From contig JAFCEE010000002.1 in the NCBI GenBank assembly GCA_017609285.1, forward strand, positions 8,152 through 72,151: a DNA stretch of 64,000 nucleotides, written 5' to 3'. Source of the stretch: Candidatus Pacearchaeota archaeon (lineage in GTDB: Archaea; Nanobdellota; Nanobdellia; Pacearchaeales; GW2011-AR1). Position 1 is the first letter of the stretch. Each line of letters starts with the position of its first letter. Shown here piece after piece: positions 17,241 to 26,799 of the stretch. The notes below the pieces were generated by a model that made no database searches, was not told the origin of the DNA, and was given only the letters and a program-made list of their open reading frames with translations. The translations under genes and the position numbers were made by a program.

Positions 17241-17507
17241 TTAGAGTTGTTTGGTATAAGCTTCATAAGCTTTATTGCTTAATCTCCAGCGAATTCTTCT
17301 ACTATAAAATACGCCTTTTGGATTCTTTTTTATAGCAACAACAAGATTTTTTTCTTTTAGCTCGAACATCAAAGCCTTAATAAATTCCTCATCTCTTGCT
17401 ATCTCGCGAGCTATTTCGGCTGTGAATCTCGCTTTTGGAAATTCGTGATAAAGGAAAGAAAGGATTTGTTCTGCTATTTTATCTCTTTTTTCTTTACTTA
17501 GCTTCAT
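17241..17507 (-). CDS. Small winged-helix DNA-binding protein
   Basis: 88 aa. 'IAEQILSFLYHEFPKARFTAEIAREIARDEEFIKALMFELKEKNLVVAIKK' fits the wHTH pattern. It is the last gene of the ABC operon strand. Confidence 0.55.
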   Translation of the reverse strand: MKLSKEKRDKIAEQILSFLYHEFPKARFTAEIAREIARDEEFIKALMFELKEKNLVVAIKKNPKGVFYSRRIRWRLSNKAYEAYTKQL

Positions 17508-17596
17508 TTTTCCATTATAGATATTCGGTATTAGTTTTTATATGTTTTGTTATAGAAGCCTATTAGTTGGATTTATACTAATCAATAATTTATTGT

Positions 17597-18316
17597 TTAT
17601 AATAAAACTCTTGAGGGTTTTTTCTTGAGTTTTTTATCACTAATAATTAAACCATCTTTTAGTTTTATAACTCTTGAGGCATATTTAAGATGCCATGATT
17701 CATGGGTTACCATAACTATTGTTTGCCCAAATTTTTTATTGAGAGTTTTTAAAACATCTAAAACTTGTTTAGAAGTCCTTGTATCAAGATTTGCGCATGG
17801 TTCATCTGCAAATAATATTTTTGGTTTTTTAGCTATTGCTCTTGCAATAGCAACTCTTTGTTTTTCTCCACCGGAGAGTTGATTTGGGACTCTTTCGGAT
17901 TTATCTTTAAGGCCTACTTTTTCTAAAGCCTGTTTAGCTGTTATTATAGATTCTTTTTTAGATCTGCCTTCCATAAGCGAGAGAATATAAACATTCTCTA
18001 TAGCATTCATTTCATTAATTAATGCATAATCTTGAAATACGTATCCGAGTTGTGTTAATCTATAATATGTTCTTTCTTCTTCTGGCAAATCAATTACATT
18101 GAGATTATTGATTGTGTATTCTCCATCAGTGGGTTTGTCAATTAAGCCGAGTATTCTAAGAAGTGTAGTTTTGCCACTTCCACTTGGACCTATAATTGCA
18201 ATAAACTCTCCTTTTTTTATGTCAAAACTAACCCCATTTAGAGCTTTTACTATAACTTCCCCTGTTTTATAATGCCTTACTAAATTCTTAATTTTAATCA
18301 TAGGTTTTTCATCCAT
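17597..18316 (-). CDS. ABC transporter ATP-binding protein (MacB/LolD type)
   Basis: Walker A 'GPSGSGKTT', signature 'LSGGEKQRVAIARA', Walker B 'ILFADEP', H-loop 'VTHE'. I place the start at ATG 18316 (MDEKPMIKIKNL), 2 nt after the permease stop. The track's TTG start at 18367 looks spurious. Confidence 0.9.
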   Translation of the reverse strand: MDEKPMIKIKNLVRHYKTGEVIVKALNGVSFDIKKGEFIAIIGPSGSGKTTLLRILGLIDKPTDGEYTINNLNVIDLPEEERTYYRLTQLGYVFQDYALINEMNAIENVYILSLMEGRSKKESIITAKQALEKVGLKDKSERVPNQLSGGEKQRVAIARAIAKKPKILFADEPCANLDTRTSKQVLDVLKTLNKKFGQTIVMVTHESWHLKYASRVIKLKDGLIISDKKLKKKPSRVLL

Positions 18317-18318
18317 TT

Positions 18319-19530
18319 TTATTCTCCCCAAATTGCCTCCAAAATGTCTTGTCTTGTCACAAGCCAAGCAGGGATAAATCCTGCAATGACTGCCATTATT
18401 ATCATCATTAAAGCACCTTGAAGTAAATTAGGAATATTAATTTCTGGTGCGATTTTCATTGTTTCATAAAATGTTATTGGATGTGATTTTAAATAGAAAG
18501 TTAGTGAAATAAACATAGCTAATCCTAAAAGAATTCCAAGACAGATGTAAAATAAACTAATAAAAATATATGAAATTTTAATAGAGTTAGGGGTTATCCC
18601 AGTTGCTTTTAAAATTCCAATTTCTCTTTTTCTGTGTAAAGTGTTAATGTAAATTATAATAAAAATTAATGCTGCGCCAACAATTAAACTTACTATCCTT
18701 GACATTGTTCCCAATGCACCTATACTCTGTAAAGCTTGTCGTAATAGAGATTCAGCTTTTTCCTGCCAAGTAAAAACCTTTTCTTTAATTCCTATTTCAA
18801 TAATTTTTTCTTTAATCTCTGCTTCTTTTCCTGGTTCTTTTATTTTTATTATTATTGATGAAGCTTTTCCTTCAGCTTCTTCACCTAATACAGATTCAAG
18901 TTCTTTATAATGAACTATTGCATTCAGATCTGTCAATTCCCATGTTCCTTCATGAATGCCTTTTACTTTGTATGTTTTTTGGATTCCATTAGGATAAGTT
19001 ACATTAATCAAAGAACCTACCTTAATTTCACCTAAATTGTCATAAATTTCTGAACCAGTATAGCCTTCTACTAACATAGCTCCTATCATAATTTCGTCTC
19101 TTGAGAGTTCGCCTAAAAATTCCCCTTCACTTACAATATAAGGATATTTAGAAACAAATTCTTCTTCAGATGGAACAAGTCCGAGAACATTTGCTCCAAC
19201 AATTTTCTGTTTATGGCGTAGAGATGCCCCAACTTCTAATCTTTTTGCTGCACCTATAACACCGTTGATATTTCTGGTTTTCTGCAAAACATTGTCTGCA
19301 TTATTAATATAGGTGTTGTCTTCTGCTGGCTCAATAACAATATTTCCATAAGCATAATCTTGAACAAACCCAACAAAAAGACTCATCATTCCATTTATTA
19401 AAGCTGGCAGGAATACAAGATTCATAAAAATCAAAGCTAAAACAATAACTATAAAAAGAGATGTTTTTTTGTTTCCTCTTTTTATAGAACTTATTGCGAT
19501 AACAGAACCAACTTTAATGTCATTAAGCAT
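18319..19530 (-). CDS. ABC transporter permease, FtsX/MacB family
   Basis: 403 aa. It has an N-terminal TM, a large extracytoplasmic domain, and a C-terminal FtsX bundle with 'REIGILKATGITPNSI'. Confidence 0.85.
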   Translation of the reverse strand: MLNDIKVGSVIAISSIKRGNKKTSLFIVIVLALIFMNLVFLPALINGMMSLFVGFVQDYAYGNIVIEPAEDNTYINNADNVLQKTRNINGVIGAAKRLEVGASLRHKQKIVGANVLGLVPSEEEFVSKYPYIVSEGEFLGELSRDEIMIGAMLVEGYTGSEIYDNLGEIKVGSLINVTYPNGIQKTYKVKGIHEGTWELTDLNAIVHYKELESVLGEEAEGKASSIIIKIKEPGKEAEIKEKIIEIGIKEKVFTWQEKAESLLRQALQSIGALGTMSRIVSLIVGAALIFIIIYINTLHRKREIGILKATGITPNSIKISYIFISLFYICLGILLGLAMFISLTFYLKSHPITFYETMKIAPEINIPNLLQGALMMIIMAVIAGFIPAWLVTRQDILEAIWGE

Positions 19531-19622
19531 TTTTGCCTCTTTTTATATTTGATGAAATGAGAATTTATAAGGTTTTGTAAATGTTCTTTAAAATTGAGAT
19601 AACATTAAGAGAGATTATTTTT

Positions 19623-20234
19623 CTAATTTTGTGTCCCTAATTTTTTATATTCTAAATAAGAGTATAAAACTAGCCATATCGACAATACAAAAATAGGAAT
19701 TAAAATAAACAAAAGAAAGTATTCTGGAGAAAAGAATATCCCAAAAAAGAGAATTACTCCTGTAAATTTAAAAAGAAGTGATCCTAAATGGTGGGTTTTT
19801 TTCCAAACTTTATCACTACTTAAAGTCCAGGGGGTCCTAATCCCTATGAACCAGTTTCTTTTTAGTTTTTTCATAATAATACCAATACAAAAGAACAATA
19901 TTCCTATTGCAGGCATTAGCATTGTGTTTATATTAAGTTTATATTTAAAATTAGATAAAATTATTAAAATAAATATGTAAAATAGAAATAAGATTAGAAT
20001 TAGTATAAGTAAGTTGGGGTCTATTTTTGGGATAAGTAAAAAAATTAAATATACTCCTAAGGATATTAAGGGGATTAAAAATATGCCCCAAAACTTTGGC
20101 ATATAACCATCAACTTGCCCTTTAATATTCCAGTGAGATATAATCTTGTCTTCTTTAATATTATAATAAGAGTATATTCCAATTATAAAAGACAAGAGAA
20201 TTATTAAAATAATTGCGAAAGTTATTTTTTTCAT
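19623..20234 (-). CDS. SdpI/DUF1648-family membrane protein
   Basis: 203 aa. 'IISHWNIKGQVDGYMPKFWGIFLIP' (DUF1648-like) and 'NWFIGIRTPWTLSSDKVWKKTHHLG' (SdpI-family motif). Confidence 0.7.
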   Translation of the reverse strand: MKKITFAIILIILLSFIIGIYSYYNIKEDKIISHWNIKGQVDGYMPKFWGIFLIPLISLGVYLIFLLIPKIDPNLLILILILFLFYIFILIILSNFKYKLNINTMLMPAIGILFFCIGIIMKKLKRNWFIGIRTPWTLSSDKVWKKTHHLGSLLFKFTGVILFFGIFFSPEYFLLFILIPIFVLSIWLVLYSYLEYKKLGTQN

Positions 20235-20271
20235 TTCAAAAATCCAGATTGTTTTATTAAGTATATTTTTC

Positions 20272-21168
20272 TTAAGATTTTTTCTTTTTTTCTATTAAAT
20301 TGTTTCCTTTAAGTAATTGATGTATTATTTTATCTTTTGTTCTTTTTGTTTTAATGGAGTAATATATTCCTAAACTGAAAATTATGATTATTAGTATTAT
20401 AAGGAGAATTGCCAAAATATTAGATTTTTTCTTTAATATGTTTAGAGTTATATGTTTTTTAAATTCGTGTTCTCCAAAATCATCTTTGTATGAGATTGTA
20501 ACTGGAATTTCAAATTCTCCTTCTTTATCTACAATGAAAGTTAAAATAGCTGGACTGTCTTCATTTGGTTCAAGCGCTCCAATAAAAGACTGTTTTAATC
20601 CTTGGAATGGATGGTCTAAATATATTTCTGTTGATTTTGCAGTGCCGTCTCCGGTATTCTCTATTCTTATAACTAATTCAACTGTATCCCCTTTTCTTGG
20701 AATTATAGGGTCTGTTTTAAGGGAAGCTAAACCTATTTCTGCTTTATTCCCTATAATATCAAAAGTGATGTTATAATTTTTTATAATTGAAATTTCATTA
20801 TCTCCATAAGACAATCTTGTTTTGATTAAATGTATTCCTGGTTTGGTGTTTTCTGTAGTTCTCATATGATAGGTAATAAATCTTTCACTATTCCCATAAT
20901 ATAAGTTAGATATGTTGATAATTAAAGGCTCTTTAATCTGAATATCAACTGGCGGATTAATTAATTCAAAAGAAACAAATTCTGGCATCTTGCTTCCACA
21001 ATTTTCAATTTGTATACCAATTGTAAATTCCTCGTTGATTCCAATTGAACTTGGGCTGATATCTGAAATTTCTGCTGTTACGCAATATCCTTTACTTGAT
21101 GCATAAACATCAGGCATAAAAGTCAAAAAAGTTGCAAAAATAAATAAAAACAAAATTTTATTTTTCAT
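20272..21168 (-). CDS. Secreted, C-terminally anchored protein with two CARDB/COG1361-like beta-sandwich repeats
   Basis: 298 aa. Signal peptide 'MKNKILFLFIFATFLTFMPDVYA'. Repeat cores 'FTIGIQIENCGSKMPEFVSFEL' and 'VELVIRIENTGDGTAKSTEIYL'. C-terminal TM 'ILAILLIILIIIIFSLGIYY'. Confidence 0.6.
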   Translation of the reverse strand: MKNKILFLFIFATFLTFMPDVYASSKGYCVTAEISDISPSSIGINEEFTIGIQIENCGSKMPEFVSFELINPPVDIQIKEPLIINISNLYYGNSERFITYHMRTTENTKPGIHLIKTRLSYGDNEISIIKNYNITFDIIGNKAEIGLASLKTDPIIPRKGDTVELVIRIENTGDGTAKSTEIYLDHPFQGLKQSFIGALEPNEDSPAILTFIVDKEGEFEIPVTISYKDDFGEHEFKKHITLNILKKKSNILAILLIILIIIIFSLGIYYSIKTKRTKDKIIHQLLKGNNLIEKKKKS

Positions 21169-21311
21169 TTTCCTCTTTTTTCTGTTTATTTAAATAGAAT
21201 ATCTTATTTAAAGCTTGTGTTAAATTTTAAGTTAAAAAGTTTAATTGTTAAATTAGGATATAGAGAAAAAATTAAATATTTAAAAAGCTTGAAAAAAGAG
21301 GGATTTCTAAG

Positions 21312-23924
21312 ATGCCGGTAAAGTTGGAGATAGCTAAGTTAAGGAAAAGTAAAGAAGTAAAGGAAATGCTACATCCTTTAGTTAGGGAGTGGTTCTTTAG
21401 TAAGTTTAAAGAGTTTAGTTTGCCCCAGTTATATGGAGTAATGCCGATTTGGGAAAGAAAAAATATCTTGATTTCTGCTCCTACTGGAGGAACTAAAACT
21501 TTAACTGCTTTTCTTTCTATTTTAAATTATCTTGTAAGTTTGTCTGCTAAAGAAGAATTAGAAGATAAGATTTATGCTGTTTATTGTTCTCCTTTAAGGG
21601 CTTTGTCTAATGATATTTATGTAAATTTAGTTGAGCCTTTATCTGAGATTGAAAAAATAGCTAAAAGGAAAGGAGTTAAGTTGCAAAAAATAAGAGTTAG
21701 CTTAAGAACAGGAGATACTTCAACAGCTGAAAGACAGAAAATGTTAAAGTCTTGCCCGCATATTTTAGTAACTACTCCTGAGACGCTGGCTATAATCCTG
21801 AATGCAAAGAAATTTTCAGAGAAGTTAGGGGCGGTAGAGTTTGTTATAGTTGATGAGATTCATGCTCTTGCCAATAAAAGAGGTGTTCATCTAAGTTTAA
21901 GTTTAGAAAGATTAGAAGAAATGTCAATTATCAAGCCAGTAAGAATTGGTTTGTCTGCTACTATTGCTCCACTTGAAGAAATTGCAAAATTTTTAGTTGG
22001 TATTGGAAATGATGAAAAAAGAAAATGCTTAACAGCTGATGTTGAGTTTGAGAAAAAAATAGATGTTAAGGTTTTAACTCCTGTTTCTGATTTAATTGAT
22101 ACTACGGGATTAGAGATACATTCTTCTCTTTATAAATTAATTGATAAACTTATTCAGGAACATAAAACAACTTTAATTTTTACTAATACAAGGTCAGCTA
22201 CAGAAAGAGTGATACATCATTTAAAAGAGATGTTTCCTAAAAAGTATTTAGAAGAAATTGGGGCTCATCATTCTTCTCTTTCAAGGGAGTATAGGTTTAA
22301 TATTGAAGAGAGATTAAGAAAAGGAAAATTAAAGGTAGTTGTCACATCAACTTCTTTGGAACTCGGCATAGATATAGGTTATATTGGCTTAGTTATTTTA
22401 TTAGGCTCGCCAAAATCAACTGCCAGGGCATTGCAAAGAATAGGCAGGGCAGGGCATAAACTTCATGATGTGGCAGAAGGAAGATTTATAGTTTTAGATA
22501 GGGATGATTTAGTTGAATGTAGTGTTATGAAAAAAGAGATTGTCGAAAGGAAAATAGATAAAATACAAATTCCTAAAAATTGTTTAGATGTTTTGTCTCA
22601 GCAAATTTATGGTATGGCTATATACAAAATTTGGAATATTAAGGATATGTATGGATTGATTAAGAAAAGTTATTGTTATTCTTCTCTTTCTTATGAAGAT
22701 TTTTTGTCTGTGATTTCTTATTTAAGTGGGGAGTATGCTTTAGAACATAAGAATGTTTATGGTAAGATTTGGTATGATCCGGAAACAAAAATGATAGGTA
22801 AGAAAGGAAAATTAGCTAGAGTTATATATATGACTAATATTGGAACTATTCCAGATGAGTCTTATGTCAGTGTTGTTATCGCAAAAGGAGAAAGGAGAAA
22901 AGGAGAAAAAGTTGGTGTTATAGATGAGGCTTTTCTTGAAAGATTAAAGCCAGGAGATGTTTTTGTTTTAGGTGGCCAAAAATATGAGTTTCTTTACACG
23001 AGGGGGATGAAAGCTTATGTAAATAGTAGTGTTTATAGACCTCCTACAATACCTTCATGGTTTTCTGAAATGTTGCCTTTAAGCTTTGATCTTGCTTTAG
23101 AGATAAGTAGGTTTAGAGGTTTAATTGAGGAGAAATTGAAAAATAAAAAATCTCGACGGGAAATAGAGGGGTTTATAAAAAAATTTTGTTATGTTGATGA
23201 TAAGGTGGCAGAAAAAATTTTTTCGTATCTACAATTACAAGAAAAATACTTGGGTTTGCCTTCTAATAAAAAGATTATAGTGGAAAATTATAAATCTGAT
23301 AAGGACTATTTTATTTTCCATGCTCTTTTTGGGAGAAAAGTAAATGATGCGTTATCGCGGGGAATAGCTTATTTGTTGGGGCAGGTTGGAGGAAGAGATA
23401 TTGAAATCGGAATAAATGATAATGGTTTTTATGTTTGTGGGGAGAAAATTTCCGGGAATAGGATAAAGAAGGTTTTGAATTTTTTAAATTCTGGGAATTT
23501 AAGAGAGGTTTTAGAAGAAGCTATTGAAAGAACCGAGTTATTTAATAGAAGATTTAGACATAATGCTGTTAGAAGTTTAATGATTTTAAGAACCTATAAG
23601 GGTAGAAGAAAAAGTGCGGGAAAACAACAATTAAGAAGTGGGTTTGTTTTGGGGGCTGTAAGAAAAATAAGCAGGGAGTTTCCTATTTTGAAAGAGACAA
23701 GGAGGGAAATTTTAGAAGATGTTATGGATTTGAGCAATGCAAAAAAGGTTTTAGATTGGTTACAAGAAGGAAAAATTAAAGTTGAGTTTAAAAAAACTTC
23801 TCTGCCCTCACCTTTTTCTTTAAACTTAATTATGCAAGGTCGGGCAGATTTAATTAAAATTGAAGACAAAATTGAATTTTTGAAGAGGATTTATAAACTT
23901 ATTCAAAAACAGATAAATAAGTAA
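21312..23924 (+). CDS. lhr: Lhr-type ATP-dependent DNA helicase (SF2, DExH)
   Basis: 870 aa. 'APTGGTKTLTAF', 'VDEIHAL', 'SAT', 'KGKLKVVVTSTSLELGIDIG' and 'QRIGRAGH', plus a long Lhr-type C-terminal domain. Confidence 0.85.
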   Translation: MPVKLEIAKLRKSKEVKEMLHPLVREWFFSKFKEFSLPQLYGVMPIWERKNILISAPTGGTKTLTAFLSILNYLVSLSAKEELEDKIYAVYCSPLRALSNDIYVNLVEPLSEIEKIAKRKGVKLQKIRVSLRTGDTSTAERQKMLKSCPHILVTTPETLAIILNAKKFSEKLGAVEFVIVDEIHALANKRGVHLSLSLERLEEMSIIKPVRIGLSATIAPLEEIAKFLVGIGNDEKRKCLTADVEFEKKIDVKVLTPVSDLIDTTGLEIHSSLYKLIDKLIQEHKTTLIFTNTRSATERVIHHLKEMFPKKYLEEIGAHHSSLSREYRFNIEERLRKGKLKVVVTSTSLELGIDIGYIGLVILLGSPKSTARALQRIGRAGHKLHDVAEGRFIVLDRDDLVECSVMKKEIVERKIDKIQIPKNCLDVLSQQIYGMAIYKIWNIKDMYGLIKKSYCYSSLSYEDFLSVISYLSGEYALEHKNVYGKIWYDPETKMIGKKGKLARVIYMTNIGTIPDESYVSVVIAKGERRKGEKVGVIDEAFLERLKPGDVFVLGGQKYEFLYTRGMKAYVNSSVYRPPTIPSWFSEMLPLSFDLALEISRFRGLIEEKLKNKKSRREIEGFIKKFCYVDDKVAEKIFSYLQLQEKYLGLPSNKKIIVENYKSDKDYFIFHALFGRKVNDALSRGIAYLLGQVGGRDIEIGINDNGFYVCGEKISGNRIKKVLNFLNSGNLREVLEEAIERTELFNRRFRHNAVRSLMILRTYKGRRKSAGKQQLRSGFVLGAVRKISREFPILKETRREILEDVMDLSNAKKVLDWLQEGKIKVEFKKTSLPSPFSLNLIMQGRADLIKIEDKIEFLKRIYKLIQKQINK

Positions 23925-23950
23925 AGAAAGAGCTATACAGAAAATAGAAA

Positions 23951-24688
23951 ATGAGATTTATAGACAAAGCTGTTTGGTTGGAAAAAGAAAAAATTTTAGT
24001 TTTAGCAGATTTGCATTTAGGGTTTGAAGAAAGTTTAATTGAGCAAGGAATTCTTTTACCTCGAACCCAGTATAAAAAAATTGTGAGGGATTTAAAGAAT
24101 ATATTTAAGGAAGTTAAAAAATCAAACATTGAAGTTAAGGAAGTTGTTATTCTGGGTGATTTAAAACATGAATTTGGTTCTGTTAGCAAACAAGAATGGA
24201 AAGAAACCCTTAATTTATTGAATTTTTTGTCTAAGAAAATTGAAAAAGGAAAAATAGTTTTAGTTAAAGGAAATCATGACACTATTTTAGAACCTATTGC
24301 TAAGAAAAAAGGTTTGGAAGTTAAAGATTTTTATATTAAAGATAATTTAGCTTTTTTACATGGACATAAATTTTTTCCTGAAATTTTAGATAAGAAAATT
24401 AAGAAAATATTTTTAGGGCATATTCATCCCGCTATTTCTATTAGGGAGTGTGTAAAAAGCGAGATATATAAGTGTTTTTTAGTTGGTAAATGGAAAGGTA
24501 AGGAAGTTGTGATTTTGCCGAGTTTTTTTCCTCTTATTGAGGGGGTTGATGTTTTAATTGAAGGAACTAATTTAGCTTCTGAATTAAAATTAAAGTTGAA
24601 AAATTTTGAGGTTTATGTGCCAGTTTCTGTTGATGAGGTTTTAGATTTTGGTAAGGTTGGGGCGAACAAGTTAGCGAGACTGATTTGA
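23951..24688 (+). CDS. Metallophosphoesterase (Lhr-associated MPE type)
   Basis: 245 aa. 'VLADLHLG', 'ILGDLKHE', 'KGNHD', 'LHGH' and 'GHIHP'. Confidence 0.8.
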   Translation: MRFIDKAVWLEKEKILVLADLHLGFEESLIEQGILLPRTQYKKIVRDLKNIFKEVKKSNIEVKEVVILGDLKHEFGSVSKQEWKETLNLLNFLSKKIEKGKIVLVKGNHDTILEPIAKKKGLEVKDFYIKDNLAFLHGHKFFPEILDKKIKKIFLGHIHPAISIRECVKSEIYKCFLVGKWKGKEVVILPSFFPLIEGVDVLIEGTNLASELKLKLKNFEVYVPVSVDEVLDFGKVGANKLARLI

Positions 24689-24712
24689 TTTATTATCTAC
24701 GAGCTAACTTGT
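24666..24712. terminator. 10-bp-stem inverted repeat between convergent genes
   Basis: ACAAGTTAGC (24666..24675) pairs with GCTAACTTGT (24703..24712) across a 27-nt loop that spans the MPE stop codon. Its function is uncertain. Confidence 0.25.
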
Positions 24713-24733
24713 GAGGGGGATTGGTAAGTTGGT

Positions 24734-25810
24734 TTAAATCCTCCACTTTCCATTTTTCTGTATAATTTTGTTATCAAGAATGATAGAAGCATGAGACATA
24801 TCTTTTACAATATCCCAGTGTATTGAGGAGTCGTTTCCTCCTCCGTTTTCTTTATAAGCCATTCCAAGAGCGAGATGTATTGTACCATTTATTTTTTCAT
24901 CAAACAAAAGATTTTTAGTGAATTTTTTTATATTTGGATTACAGCCTATTCCAAATTCTCCTACATATTTCGCATTATAATCTGTCTCTAAAACTGCTTT
25001 AAGCAAATCTTTATTTTTACTTGCATTATATTTTACTACCTTACCATCTTTAAATTTAAGAAAAATATCAGTAACTTCTTTTCCGTTATATAAGGCAGGG
25101 TAATCAAACTTGATGAAGCCATTTAAACTTTCTCTGACTGGAGCCATGAAAATTTCTCCACCAGGCATGTTTTCTTTTCCATCATCTACTACACTATTTT
25201 TTCCTTCTATTGAAAATTTTAAATCTACTCCTTCTCCTTTAAGATAAACTTGCTCGCCTTTCTCAAAAACTTTATTAATTTTTTTTAGTTTCTTACCAAA
25301 TTTTTTCCAGTTTATAAGACAAGAGGAATAAACAAAATTTTCCCATTCTGTTAATGACATCTCGGCTTCTATTGCGTGAGCAAGGCATGGATAAGCTATT
25401 GTTACTCTTCTAATCTTCTGTTTTTCATTTACTATATAGTCTGAAATTGGTCTCATTACTTTTTGTCTTATTGTTAATTTTTTGGGATTAGAAGAAGTTA
25501 AGTCGCGAGTGTTTTCATCTGTATATACTCCAATATAAGCTTGTGCCTGTTTTATTGTAGAAAACCAGTATTGTGGAAAAAATTTTAGTTGATGGTCTTT
25601 GGCATATTTATAAAAAAACTGGTTTATATGGGGAAGAGAAACTTTTACAATGGGATAGGCTCCTCTCAATATGATTTCTTTGTATAATTCAGTTAAGAAA
25701 GGTAGGGCTTCTGCGCCACCAGAAATAATTACTTTTTCTTTTGGCTTTACAGCTACACTATACTGAACTGCTATTTTTGCCAGTTCTCTTGTTCTCAAGT
25801 CTAAAGGCAT
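24734..25810 (-). CDS. Aminopeptidase, M29 (AmpS/PepS/aminopeptidase T) family
   Basis: 358 aa. Overall similarity to M29 enzymes, for example 'PGGEIFMAP', 'GEFGIGCNP' and 'GTIHLALG'. Confidence 0.7.
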   Translation of the reverse strand: MPLDLRTRELAKIAVQYSVAVKPKEKVIISGGAEALPFLTELYKEIILRGAYPIVKVSLPHINQFFYKYAKDHQLKFFPQYWFSTIKQAQAYIGVYTDENTRDLTSSNPKKLTIRQKVMRPISDYIVNEKQKIRRVTIAYPCLAHAIEAEMSLTEWENFVYSSCLINWKKFGKKLKKINKVFEKGEQVYLKGEGVDLKFSIEGKNSVVDDGKENMPGGEIFMAPVRESLNGFIKFDYPALYNGKEVTDIFLKFKDGKVVKYNASKNKDLLKAVLETDYNAKYVGEFGIGCNPNIKKFTKNLLFDEKINGTIHLALGMAYKENGGGNDSSIHWDIVKDMSHASIILDNKIIQKNGKWRI

Positions 25811-25822
25811 TTTAATTTGTTT

Positions 25823-26158
25823 TTATTTTTTTAATTGAAATTCTTGTAAAGCTTTCAAAGCTTCTTGGTATTCTTTTTGAGCAGTTTCTATTGCCTGTCT
25901 AGCATTATAGGATGGTTTTGAAAGTAAAATGTTTTGAGCCTCTTCTTGGATATAATCAAGATGTTTTCTAGCTCTTCTTATTTCTTGTTTTAAATGATAT
26001 TCTTCATTAAATTTTTCCTTTAATTTTCTACACCCATAATAGATGAGGAGAAAGGGACTAACTAATAAAGTTGCCCCTGTTACTAAACACCCAATCCCTA
26101 ATAAACCTGCATCAGTCAATTTATCTTCTAATTTGTTATGATTATTTTTCATTTTCAC
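25823..26158 (-). CDS. Hypothetical TM + coiled-coil protein
   Basis: 111 aa with one TM helix followed by a helical tail. Confidence 0.45.
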   Translation of the reverse strand: MKMKNNHNKLEDKLTDAGLLGIGCLVTGATLLVSPFLLIYYGCRKLKEKFNEEYHLKQEIRRARKHLDYIQEEAQNILLSKPSYNARQAIETAQKEYQEALKALQEFQLKK

Positions 26159-26230
26159 ACTCAGAATTCTAAGGCGATTCTGTTGCCATCACCCTAATTT
26201 TGTCTGTGTTCTTAAGTATAAAAACTTAAC

Positions 26231-26324
26231 GCCAGCGCTAGGATTCGAACCTAGAAGCCCTTGTGGGCGCGGTTATCTCTTTCAAGATTCGAGACCGCTC
26301 CATTAACCATTCTGGCACGCTGGC
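26231..26324 (-). tRNA. tRNA-Ser (anticodon CGA) with a 13-nt intron after position 37
   Basis: Reverse complement, with the anticodon in brackets: GCCAGCG-TG-CCA-GAATGGTTAA-TGG-A-GCGGT-CT[CGA]A-(TCTTGAAAGAGAT)-A-ACCGC-GCCCACAAGGGC-TT-CTAGG-TTCGAAT-CCTAG-CGCTGGC. It has a 7-bp acceptor stem, a 3-bp D stem, a 5-bp anticodon stem, a long variable arm (type II) and a T-loop TTCGAAT. The intron is at 26275..26287. No CCA is encoded. Confidence 0.85.
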
Positions 26325-26355
26325 TTAAATAAATAAGAAATATAGAAATATAAAT

Positions 26356-26787
26356 TTATCCTGTATATCTTGCGTTTCCTTTTTCTGATTGAGGTTTTAT
26401 TGACGGCAAAGGTATGTGTGTAGGAAGACCAAATTCTTCTTCAAACTGCAATGCCTTAATATTACATTTAGTTAATATAAAATTGAATAAAGGTATTCTT
26501 ATATCATCTGAGATTTTTTTGTTTTTCCATTTTTTAATTATTTCTTTTGATTGGGTTTTTTCAAATAAAGCAAGAATAAATCCTTCAAAAATTAATTCTG
26601 CAATTTTGGGCTTATATTCTATTGTAAATTTAAAATTGAACTTTAAGGGATTTTGTTCCTTTACAATATCTATTTTTTCTTGTTTTATTTCTTTTATATT
26701 TATATTTGAAGAAATCTCTAACTTACTTTTTATGGGGTTTTTTCTTTCTACTGATATTTTTTCAAAATTAAGACCTATGATTTTCAT
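26356..26787 (-). CDS. Hypothetical protein
   Basis: 143 aa with non-repetitive composition. No family was recognised. Confidence 0.5.
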   Translation of the reverse strand: MKIIGLNFEKISVERKNPIKSKLEISSNINIKEIKQEKIDIVKEQNPLKFNFKFTIEYKPKIAELIFEGFILALFEKTQSKEIIKKWKNKKISDDIRIPLFNFILTKCNIKALQFEEEFGLPTHIPLPSIKPQSEKGNARYTG

Positions 26788-26799
26788 TTTAAAGAAAAA

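Noticed and set aside
17597-18367. Longer ABC ATPase ORF starting at 18367 and overlapping the permease by 49 nt
   Set aside because: The start is a TTG, and the extra 17 residues ('MACDKTRHFGGNLGRIK') are the out-of-frame reading of the permease 3' end. The ATG at 18316, 2 nt after the permease stop, gives a canonical N-terminus.
26231-26324. tRNA-Ser as an integration site for a mobile element
   Set aside because: By eye I found no second copy of the tRNA 3' half (GGATTCGAACC...) elsewhere in the window. The nearest recombinase genes are 25 kb away. A computational repeat search could still find a site.
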